Shown here: positions 9,801 through 20,404 of the stretch, piece after piece
Numbering within the stretch: position 1 is the first letter of the stretch
Layout of the letters: every line of letters begins with the position of its first letter
From: Bispira polyomma
Taxonomy: Eukaryota
Assembly (NCBI GenBank): GCA_965649765.1
Contig: OZ287749.1
Span: 9,796,001 to 9,860,000 of the forward strand
DNA: 64,000 nucleotides
Direction of reading: 5' to 3'
Made by a program: the position numbers and the translations under genes
Notes under the pieces: generated by a model
What the model was told of the DNA's origin: nothing
Databases searched by the model: none
The model's input: the letters and a program-made list of their open reading frames with translations, nothing else

Positions 9801-12800
9801 AATTCACAGAGTTAACCCTAGCAGTACCCTAATTCACAGAGTTAACCCTAGCCTTACCCTAATTCAGAGATTTAACCTAGCCCTACCCTAATTTAGAGAG
9901 TTAACCCTAGCCCTACCCTAATTCACAGAGTTAACCCTAGCCCTACCCTAATTCACAGTTAACCTAGCTCTACCCTAATTCACAGAGTTAACCTACCCTC
10001 TACCCTAATCCATAGAGTTAACCTAGCCCTACCCTATTTCACATAGTTAACCTAGCCCTACCCTAACTCGCAAAGTTAACCTACCCCAATACACACAGTT
10101 AGCCTACCCCATCGTACACAGTTAATCTAAGTCCTACCCCAGAAGATTTGTTTGTAAATACATGTTCATGGCCTGAATGTCATAAAACCAATAAAGAAAA
10201 CTTTTTGTGTAGGTAATGTTTGTGATCTTGGAAGTTGGAGAATGTGCTAAAAAACTCCTGTAGATATCTGCTAAATATGTATAAATTTTGTGTAGGGGAG
10301 CATTTATGGTGACAGATTCTGCATTTGAAATATCATTGACATTGAAAACTAACATTTCTGGATAATTTGACGAAATTATTGCCTATTGTAAGATTTCTGA
10401 TGACAGTTTTTAGCTTACAGCAGTAAATCGCACTCACAATGCGTATAGCAGCTGTGCCTGTAGTTCCCTTGCCTTGACCAAAACCTGAAAATAAAATACC
10501 AACTAGAACTGCTATTATCCAAACTTCTGTTATCTGAATACACACTAGATCTGCTATTATACAAACTTCTGTTATCTGAATACAAACTAGATCTGCTATT
10601 ATCCAAACTTCTGTTATCTGAATACAAACTAGATCTGCTATTATCCAAACTTGTGTTATCTGAATACAAACTAGTTCTGCTATTATCAAAACTTCTATTG
10701 TCTGAATATTCAAAAATGTTTGGATAAATGAGGTTGTACTCTGTTGAAATCTGTGAAAAATTAACATCAGTCATATGGACAGTTTAAACTAGTTGTATGG
10801 ACTTTACACAAGTTATAGGGTACACTAGTTATGTGGACCATTTACATCAGTTATGTGGACAGTTTGCACCAGTTGTCGCCAGTTATAGGGACAATTTAAC
10901 AATTAAGACAATTTTGACAGTTTAACGGTCACCAGTTATAGGGACAATTTACAGCAGTTGTATGGGCAATTTACACTGTTATATCAACTTATATGGATAG
11001 TTTACACTTGTTTATGCACGTTACACTTGTTTATGGACAGGTTACACTTGTTTATGGACAGGTTACACTTGTTATAGGGAGAGTTAACACCAGTTATAGG
11101 TGTTGTTAGGATAGATTACAACTTAAATTCATAGACACACAGATTAGCAGAACTGCTAAACATTACGTGACATCAGCAATCTTACCTGCTAAACCCTTCT
11201 TGTTACCCACAACAGCGAAGCAAGAGAAGGAGTATTTTTTGCCCAGTGTCCCTGTCACGTTGGAAACCATTCGAAGCTGGAGGATACGGCTGTCAAACTC
11301 ACTGAAGTCAACTGTAGAGAGTCAACTCATTAATATAACATATCATATGATAGTTGTTACAGCGCACTTACACAACATAGGGTCATATCAAATGCGCTTC
11401 CTCATGGGCAGCCACTATGGGGGCCAAGGCTTGAGGATCACTATTTATCAACGTCCCTAAGGATTTTTAGCCTGCCACTAGAAATATAACTAGGTGACAG
11501 AGGACCGCCATTTTAGCAGTTATCCAAGTCACTAGCCAAACGTGTGTTCACATATTGCTCAAGAATGTAATCTGACCAAATGAAACTAGTGGCCGCCAGC
11601 GGTTAACGCTAGTAGACACCAGGACCTTCTGATCATCAGACCAATTTTCTAACCACTAGACCACTGGGGATCACAATAATAATATACTAGAAATGTGTCC
11701 TTTGACACAGCAGATCAGTAAATTGAAGTAATGATCACAGGATACAGGTCTTTCTGTTGGTGATATTCAACATAGAATTTTTAATATACTTTTTGATATA
11801 CAACTTGTAAAACTTAACAAAATATGTCATTTCGCAAATTTTCTATCAATGTCACATATATTAGTAGACCAACTTTCAACATCAAACAGAAAAAAATTAA
11901 ATGCCAAAGAAAGTGTTGAGTTGAGAATATGTTTAAATGGATATTTGCCAATATTAACCAGTACGAATCTACCTTAAATTTAAATTATTTTCACGTAATT
12001 CAGAGTAACACAATGTAAAGGTCATATCTGTTCTTATGACAAATATGAATTACCCTATTCCCACATTAAAGTGTTGAGTTTGTATTTCTTGTATATGTAG
12101 AGGTAAAAAAAAATTCCAGTCAAAATTCTACTCTAAAGCATAATCCCCTTTCTGAATTTTAAACAATCAATGGGGTCAGAAAGTCCGAAATACTGAGGGC
12201 ATTAATGTAACCCCAGAGATTGTTTAAAATATGCATCAAACACATGTGTAAGTATTTTATTCCTATTCTAAAATGATACAACTAATTTTTTTTTATTAAA
12301 ATAACATCAAGATTAGGACTGGCAGCACTCTTCCCTGTAGGTCAGTCCTCAGTAAGGGTGTGTTTATACTTACACTTGTTGACTGGGTCAGGAGGACAGC
12401 ACTCTTCCCAGTAGGCCAGCTCCAAGTAAGGATGTTAATACTTACACTTGTTGAATGAGTCGGGATGACCAGCACTCTTCCCAGTAGTCCAGCCCCTCAG
12501 TAAGGGCGTTAATATTTACACTTGTTGTCAGGAGGACCAGCACTCTTCCCAGTAGGACAGCCCCCAGTCCAGCCTTTTAGTAAGGGAGGTGTTATTACTT
12601 ACACTTGTTGACAGGGTCGGGATGACCAGCACTTTTGCCAGTAGGCCAGCCCTCAGTAAGGGTGTTAATACTTACACTTGTTGACAGGGTCAGGAGGGCC
12701 AGCACTCTTCCCAGTAGGCCAGCCCCCAGTCCAGCCTCTCAGTAAGGGTGGCTCTCCTTTACGTGATATACGTCCCATCTGCTGTCGTAGTTTGGTCAGC

Positions 12801-15411
12801 TGTTCCTGGTAGTTGAGGTTTGGCGATTGCGCCTTGATGCTCAGTCGGGTACCAGCAGTCAGAGTGGGAGCATTTAATCCAGGCCACTGGATGTTAGCTC
12901 TGCCTGAATAGAATATGTAGAGTATAAGTAGAAGCAAACTCTGAGAATATTGTGGCGGTTTATATAACCGCCGATGACTTGGACAAGGATATAAACGAAA
13001 CTGTTGCTTTCAGTAAATATCCAAGCTTGTCCAAAGAATATTGGTTACAATATGAATCAATAATATCCATCCCATCAACATATTCACAGAATATTAGCAC
13101 TTTCTAACATAATTCACAGTTTATTAGTTTCAACTGTGTTTCTGGCAATCAAAATGTCCGCCATTTTTGTGTGAGTTTACTACGGTTGAAAACTTAAGGT
13201 AGACTCTCTAGTAAACATTTTTATTTATTAAATGTATTTAGTATGATTTAATTACTATCTATTTCTACTTTTATGTGAAAATATACATATTTGTAAGTAG
13301 AATTAACGTTTAACTGTAGGAACTATATGCGGTTAAGTTTAGCAACTGGCGTAGGAATACACAAAATTCCACCAGAAGTCTATATAAGTAACCGCATGCA
13401 TGAGTTATTGGCTTTCATATGACAAGGCCGCATGTGCGATACACAACCTAAAAGGTAGTCCTTGGAAAGCCCAAAATCAATGACCGCATCAATATTTTGC
13501 AAGACTTATATGCGGCAGTGACATTGTCACCGCAACCGCACTAATAAAATCACCGCAACCGCAAATCATATAAATCCTATTTAAAACAATATTAGACTGG
13601 TACCAGACCACATTTTAATACAAGGTTTTCACTCAATTCAGTAAATAGTGCCAGAGCTTGACTAAAATGAGGGAATATTACTAGTTTAAAAAGAATTACA
13701 TAGATTTCAATAGAGAAATGCAAACTATGTATACTATATAAACTAGTCCCTAAATATTCAGCCAATGAAACTACAGATAATTGGTTTATGTGGAACTAAC
13801 ATTTATCTGTCCTTGACCTGGCCTGGAATTGAGCTTGTTTAGATTTTATACATTTTGTCTTAACCATCTATCTGATTCCACAATCTTGAAGCTGTATTGG
13901 TAATATTTATAAGTTGCTAAATTGGTAATTTTGTAGTCCTCAGAATAATTTGAACTCTGAATTATTTTATGCTAGCCGGTATATACTTTTAAAAGCCAAT
14001 AATTTAGATATTAACTTGTAACAAATGTTTTAGTTTGTCAAAATTCTAATATTAGCATGTGAATGATTTTGAAGTGAATATAGTTGCAACATTCACTGAT
14101 AAATAACTTGCACTAAGAGTTAGATTCATATACCACATAACTGTGAATTTGTATGTGTGTCTAACACCTTTTATAACTATTTCTATAACCCCCATCCCAT
14201 AATTGTGTGCTATTATATCTTAATAAATTAAGAGTAGTTAGAAATCTTTCTCTTTCTTTGCTTGGCTTGGTTGATATGCAGGTGATTTGAAGCTGGCGCA
14301 CATCTTTAATTCCCACTCAAAGTAGCAGCCGACTGAGTGGAGATAGCAGCAAGATAGTCCATATAAATTATACTGAAGTTTCACTGAAACAGTTAAATAT
14401 TACTAGCCACACATTGTGTGATACGTTAGATAGTAAAAGACATATATGAAGTATAATATGGCAATTTAACCTTTCATTACCATTGATTGACCTTGCTGGT
14501 TGGAACTCATATGACCTTTGACTTTGAATAATCTTGTGGCTTTGTCATTGATTGCCCAGTTGTTGATTATTCCATAGTTTATTTGTATATTTGGTGAACT
14601 AGAATTGAGACCAGTTCTAGGTAGTTAGTCACCAAAGTGAGCAGGCTTGTGGGTATATAATTTCTGTATCCAGGTAATAACCTGTGGCTCCTTGATATAG
14701 TGGTTGCACTTGGAGCACCTGTTGGGGTTTATCAGAATACTACCTGGTTGGGCTAGATATATCTCATAGCTGATCAAGATTTATTAACATATACGGTTTG
14801 ATACCAAGTTTCATAATAGTATAAAGGCATAATATACTGGAAACTTAATTATACAACAGATAATATTTTGAAACTAATACCGGGTTTATGTGTTTGAGCC
14901 TTGACTGCTAATATTGCATGCTATCACAATTCAATCAAGATTTTGAAAATACATAGGCCCGCTACAATATCAAATACAGTAATAAGTTCTACTAACAAAA
15001 CAGAAACAGCACTGATATAGCCTATGCTATAGGACAACCAGTGTAATAGGTTCATAGCACTGTCTAATACACAATGTCCTTTATTGAGGACAACTGCTGT
15101 AATGAGTTCCTAGCACTGACCAATTCACAATATCCTTGATATAGGATAACAAGTGTAATGATTCACAGCACTGAGCCATTCACAACATATGTCCTTTATT
15201 TAGGACCATTTCTACAGGTACAGACTAACCAATGCCCATCTTTTGTCCTTTGTTAAGATCTGTGACTTGTTTCCTCCCCACTCTTTTTCCTCGACCTCTT
15301 TTCTTTCCAGCATTACTGACACCGATTACACCTTCCCAGATCCTTTTACCAGGCACTGAAATAGACATAAAACCATAGCTCACATATATGTATATCACAA
15401 AACCAGCCCTC

Positions 15412-15446
<35 letters not shown>

Positions 15447-15831
15447 CACATGTATGTATCATAAAACTACCAATCATATGTATGTATCATAAAATCACAC
15501 CTCCTGTATACATATCATAAAACATAGGTAATGTATATGTATCATAAAAACACGGGTCATGTATATGTATCATAAAACCACACCTTATATGTGTTCTTAT
15601 TTTTAGTGAACGACTATACTGAACTACACTATACAAGCTAATACACATAACCTATAAAAGTACTAAGTAAGCCAGTGCATCCACTTACGTCTGTCGAAGA
15701 AGCCGACATTTCTCACAGATACCAGTGCTGGGTCTCTCGCACACAGAAGCTGCCCTGTGTAGGAGTGAGTAAGATGGGCGAGATGTACTTGTCGACTCTT
15801 CAGGCTCAGCTCACATCTCCCTGCTCAACAT
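6513..15831 (-). CDS. MRPS5: Mitochondrial small-subunit ribosomal protein uS5m, ~413 aa; exons join(15831/15820-15689,15355-15230,12903-12676,11311-11186,10484-10438,8554-8434,7666-7527,6824-6513)
   Basis: GT-AG exons with matching phases give GFFDRLPGKRIWEGVIGVSNAGKKRGRGKR..DLNKGQKMGIGRANIQWPGLNAP..GWTGGWPTGKSAGPPDP..FDSRILQLRMV..VVGNKKGLAGFGQGKG..AKNRAAQNLMFIPRYEEHTVYH..GHGLVCHRAIKTVCEQIGITDLHVKVQGS..ESHQELADRMKLHVVE, all typical of MRPS5; 5' end uncertain. Confidence 0.92.
7527..7666 (-). CDS. MRPS5: MRPS5 exon 7 (S5 C-terminal domain)
   Basis: tgtgtag acceptor, GTTAGT donor; encodes GHGLVCHRAIKTVCEQIGITDLHVKVQGSTKNIQAVIKGFFQALLTQ. Confidence 0.9.
7700..8410. repeat. ~18-bp minisatellite (ACACACCTATACCTGTAC)n
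   Basis: Tandem array in MRPS5 intron 6; source of the spurious THTYTC/CTGIGV ORFs. Confidence 0.95.
8434..8554 (-). CDS. MRPS5: MRPS5 exon 6
   Basis: ccctcag acceptor, GTAAGG donor; encodes AKNRAAQNLMFIPRYEEHTVYHNIFSQFHKSKIFVHKRRK. Confidence 0.9.
8600..10130. repeat. ~29-30-bp minisatellite (TTAACCCTAGCCCTACCCTAATTCACAGAG)n, roughly 50 copies
   Basis: Directly visible tandem array inside MRPS5 intron 5. Confidence 0.97.
10438..10484 (-). CDS. MRPS5: MRPS5 exon 5 (47 bp)
   Basis: ttttcag acceptor, GTGAGT donor; encodes GFGQGKGTTGTAAIRI; phases fit both neighbours. Confidence 0.85.
10500..10710. repeat. 42-bp tandem repeat, about 5 copies
   Basis: ACTAGATCTGCTATTATCCAAACTTCTGTTATCTGAATACAA units. 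Confidence 0.9.
11186..11311 (-). CDS. MRPS5: MRPS5 exon 4 (S5 N-terminal dsRBD-like domain)
   Basis: ctacag acceptor, GTAAGA donor; encodes DFSEFDSRILQLRMVSNVTGTLGKKYSFSCFAVVGNKKGLA. Confidence 0.9.
12320..12752. repeat. Tandem copies (~70-80 bp) of MRPS5 exon 3 3' end plus donor site
   Basis: TTACACTTGTTG...CAGCACTCTTCCCAGTAG...CAGTAAGGG recurs at ~12370, 12441, 12516, 12598 and 12671 (real exon), plus a partial copy at ~12323. Confidence 0.9.
12676..12903 (-). CDS. MRPS5: MRPS5 exon 3
   Basis: tattcag acceptor, GTAAGT donor; encodes GRANIQWPGLNAP...GWTGGWPTGKSAGPPDPVNK. Confidence 0.9.
15230..15355 (-). CDS. MRPS5: MRPS5 exon 2
   Basis: ttcag acceptor, GTTAGT donor; encodes PGKRIWEGVIGVSNAGKKRGRGKRVGRKQVTDLNKGQKMGI. 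Confidence 0.88.
15689..15831 (-). CDS. MRPS5: MRPS5 first identifiable coding exon (mitochondrial transit peptide, ...VSVRNVGFFDR)
   Basis: Donor GTAAGT at 15688; phase matches next exon; ATG 15831 is one base out of frame, or an acceptor at 15821-15822 is used. Confidence 0.6.
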
Positions 15832-18662
15832 TCAAACAAACACTCTTTTGGTCTTCAGTTTTACCACCATGGTATGCTATTACTCTTTTTGGGGACTGTA
15901 TCTCCCTTGCAAATGCGGAACTCAAAGCACTAATCTATTTTATTCGTCATGATACAAACAAAGGCTGAATATGCATAATTTGTCAAATAATGGACACTAC
16001 TTCCGGTAGAATGATGGATGAGCATGAATCCATTATTCTGGAGGACCATCCATTATTCACCAAAGTGTGAGGCCTGTATTTAAGAATTTGTTTTCTAGTT
16101 TCGAGGTTATTTTCCCATGTTAGGTACTAACTTTGATACCCTAACTTAATGGTCCCGGACAATGGACAGTTAAAATTTGAGTTCTGTCAAGGATTTCCAT
16201 CTACTGCAAACTTCCGGTCTTTATATTTAACATAAATCATATTTTTAATGGTAGTCCTTGGACAAGGAGCGATCAGGAAAATGATGGCTTATTATGCGTG
16301 CCAAATTATGGGTCCCCCGGTAAAATCGTGAGTTATCGCTCACTTTTCTGTTCATCCCGAACCGTCCCTTGTCTCAACAATCAAAACAGCCTACTAGATC
16401 CTTTTAGTGACTACAATAATATAACGATATTATGAAAGGCTTGGTGGCACTAACCTCTAAAACTGATATTTATAAAGCTTAACGGACACCTTAAGCGGAA
16501 CATGCTGTAAGTGAATACGGCATGGGTTCGACTTTATAATAAGGTTGTCATCAAATTTGTTTCTGAAGTCTGTTTATTTTTGTTATACACTTTGAACTGA
16601 ATCTCTCTTGCATTTCATTTAGATTTATTTATGGTTACATCAACACATTTTTAAATGTACATTAATTCCTGATCATAGTCTGAATGATCTTATAAAGCCC
16701 TATTGAACGCCTTTTGAAGATGTATAAGTTGGTAACCACAGAACCACTCTTTTCGTGTAATAGTTTGTTTTTTTAAATCATCAATTGAATAGTTACTTAT
16801 TTTGTAACAATACTGATTTATTATATGCGACTTCTTAAGCTATGTTTCTTATAAGTAATTACGGTTATTGTATTGTATTTTGCATTTTTAATGAACCTTA
16901 TTGATACAGGGCATCTTCAGAAGCGCAACAACAGAATCAATTAACCAATCGAGAAGTCCATAAAACAAAGCCAGGTCATAAGGAAGGATGTGGGGGTATA
17001 CAAGGAGAAAACTCGGAAGGTTAATAAAGAGAAGACAAGTGACAATTAAGGTATAGGAGGGCTGTTGAGAGACTACAGAAAATAGTGTTACATGGATTTT
17101 AATCCAATCAAGGACAGTACCATTTAGTTCAAACCACTGATCAAATGTGTCAAATATTAAACCGTGCATGTTAATGTTACAGTTTTTGACATAGACATTA
17201 CAACTTTTCTAGATATGAGGATGAGAGGCCCCAACTAAGCAGCTTTTTTTTCCTGAACATGTTTAAATCTAATTTTCAAAGATCAAACAATTAATATTTC
17301 TAGTTTAGTTTAGTTTGGTTTAACATCGTTTTTAACGCGTCTTGTGTGCTATCATAATGAGCAGTTCACCTGTGGAGCAAATGATGGCATGTAGTTGCAC
17401 AATAATTTCTGTTAGGCTAATCACCACCGCAACCCTATATGGGGAATTATATGATTAGTGGCTACTAACATGCAGATCATTTTGATGTCTTTTGATTCAA
17501 CTTCTATATATACTTTCCTATAGTATGATGATATTTGTAAATTGTAAAAATTACAGTAAAATTTAGTGAAACAACACTTTATTTAAAAAATAGGATGTTT
17601 ATACAATAGAAGAGACAGTAAAAGTTTACTTGTGCATGATAACACTCCGCTGTGTCCTTTTAAAAGGCAAGGTTTCCTGAATTAAATGTTATGGGATCAA
17701 AATAAAACATACTATATCCGAGTGGAACATAATTAAGCTTCTTAAGTTTCATATAAGTAAAATTTTTTTCTTCATAAACAGATTTACCTATTAATTACTA
17801 CCACCTACATTTATCTATGGATAGAGAATTTTTATAATTACCCCAGTGCATATAAACTATTACACATACAAATTTTTCAAAAAAGCTTTTATAGTTTAAT
17901 AATGGCACTTTAAAACCAAATATGACATATGAAGACTAAATACGGTTCTAAGATATTTTGTTAGCAAGTCATATGGCTATACTTGTTTGCATGTTTGAAT
18001 TCAGCCATAGCCCATTCTTACAGAGGTAAGGTACATTGATTTAGTGATTTATTATATTGTCTACTGATTAAAGATTTATTGACACCAAAGTCCATTCAGT
18101 GATATAGTTTTAGAGAATGTGAAAACTTGTCTTTCTATTCTTTACAAAGAATATAATCTTACTACCCTTATTTTAAGCTAGAAATTTTCGGCAGCAAAAT
18201 CATACATTGCATTGTAAAAAATAATCATACACATATATTAGTTTTTTGTGTACACAGGAAATGTTAACAACGGCCACACAATGTTGGCCTTTTATCACTG
18301 CAGACATTTTTATCACATATTTTAAGCATAAAAAAACCACATAATTCATTTTAATATAATGGATTAAACTGTTCACATGAAGATATTTTTACTTTGAATA
18401 TATTACACCATGTAGATAGAAGATAAGCTTACAACAATGGATACTTCAAAGTCGCGAGTCTGCCAATAATGCAACATAATCAGTCCTCTTTAAAATCGGC
18501 CCCTTTAAGATCAGCCCTTTACAAAAAATCAACCATTTATATTAGACATAAACAGTTGTTGCAGTTAACATTCTCTGTGACAACAAGTTAATCTAACAAA
18601 GCAGTTAGTGGGCCGAATTTGCAGTTCCTTATCTTTTATGATACTCTATCTGGTACCCGATC

Positions 18663-20279
18663 TACTCTTCCTTCTAAAATTCGGAGCTCCTAACGTAGCT
18701 CAGTACGGAGGTAGAATCGCTTAAATCTTGGGAGGTAGCTTGAAAATCGCCTATATTTCTGGATGGATTTTGGAAGATCATAAAATAAACTCTCTAATTT
18801 ATTATCATATTTATTCTTCATTCAGGGTAATCATACATAATACAAAAACAACAAGAAGATAGCAGTCATAGACTGCAAAACCTCGCCCAAATTTCAATCA
18901 CAGATTTGCAATTTGGCGAGTGGGGTTAATATATGGAGTAAGGTGTACTTTTAAATATGAAGTTAGGGTTATTGAATTGAATAAAGACACCATTTCTATT
19001 TAATTTTTAGCAGAGGAATGTAACAAAGTATACCTTACATGCAATAAAATGCACCGTTTCTGGCTGATATACTCCATATACTACATTGGGATGTACACTA
19101 CCATTAGTGCTAGTTTGTGATGTCATTTTGGGGTTAATGACGTAATGATGACATTAAATGATGTCATACTTATAATCCCTGATCTCAGAATCAGTGTACC
19201 TTCAGTTTGTCGAACGCTGTCTTCGTTCCTTATATATGGCGCAGAAGTAAGTAGATCGTCAGTGGTACTTTTGTATATAAAAAGGAAGTCTCCTCTTAAA
19301 GCTACAGTTCAGAACCGATTTGTATGAAATTTAGCACAAATATAGAGGTCTCCATTTTGAAAGATATCTGTAAATTTTGTGTAATAATAGTTTGTACACA
19401 CAAACACACAGACCGAAAACAATAACCTCTCCTAAAGGGCAAGTTTAATAATACAAGTTACACCAATACATAAAACGTTTTTTACCATCTATGTATATAG
19501 GTGATTAAGTGGCCAATCAAATGAGTGTCTTGACAAGTAAATGGTATAATTTATTGGACATATTTTATAAGCTCCACCTCTTACTATACATTGGCTGATT
19601 ATAATTTAGTTTATGTATACTTACCAGTGTTTTTTATCCCTATTAATTCATACCTGATATATATGGTTTCATGTCACTTGTATATTTCCACCTGTATGTG
19701 GACATTATGGAATCATTAGGTCCCACTTTAACTTGCAATATTTCCGTGAATATTGAGTGAATATTAAAGGGTTTTTTTTAATTCTGTAAAGTCCTATGTA
19801 ATTGTATCTTCACAATTAAACACAAGTAATTAAACACTAGTTCAGTAAAAAAAAAAGTGGGCAAATCTATAATATTATTTGAGCTTTATAATATACATTT
19901 TAACATGAAAGGCAAATTTGAACTTCTTTTATGTTTATGTATGTTTGTCAAGACTATAACAATACATTGTTTATTTATTGGAATAAATATAACAATACAT
20001 AATACAATAATAATAATTCCTAGACTGTATATTATAATCTCCAAATAAATAGAATAAATGCAGAATCAATAGAATAATACATTGGTTATTTCAATTTATA
20101 AAAGTTTATTTTGAATTACCTCCCAAGATTTGGGCGATTTTAGAGAGTTACTTCCCAAGATTTAGACGATTTGGTGCGATTTTGCCAACCCTGTATTAAA
20201 TGCATTAGGCGATTTAGGCCATTTCTCCGAATCGCCCTGGGAAGTAGGCGGTCGCCTCCGAGTTTTAGAGGGAACCCCG
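18663..20279. mobile_element. Degenerate ~1.6-kb TIR element (hAT-like) immediately upstream of TCTE1
   Basis: Inverted ends ttccttctaaaattcggag / ctccgagttttagagggaa and inverted subterminal aatcttgggaggta / tacctcccaagatt repeats. Confidence 0.5.
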
Positions 20280-20310
20280 ATGTAGTTGCTTTCTGCGCTT
20301 GCGTGGGTTA

Positions 20311-20324
20311 GTTGTTGTAGTAAC
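20311..20324 (+). promoter_or_regulatory. Candidate RFX X-box in TCTE1 promoter/first exon
   Basis: GTTGTTGTAGTAAC resembles the X-box consensus; lies ~80 bp before the first donor of a ciliary gene in a CpG-richer patch. Confidence 0.5.
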
Positions 20325-20404
20325 GACAGTTTCCTGTTATTTCTTCACAAAAGTTGTCATATTTTCCATAAAAAGTTATTTTTCACTCGAATAAAGTTGG
20401 ACAA

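Noticed and set aside
8600-10130. Interstitial telomere
   Set aside because: Only one TTAGGG per 29-30-bp unit; not a (TTAGGG)n tract
10333-10774. ORFs with IADLVCIQITEVW / DNSRSSLYS repeats
   Set aside because: Products of a 42-bp tandem repeat; only the 47-nt MRPS5 exon inside is credible
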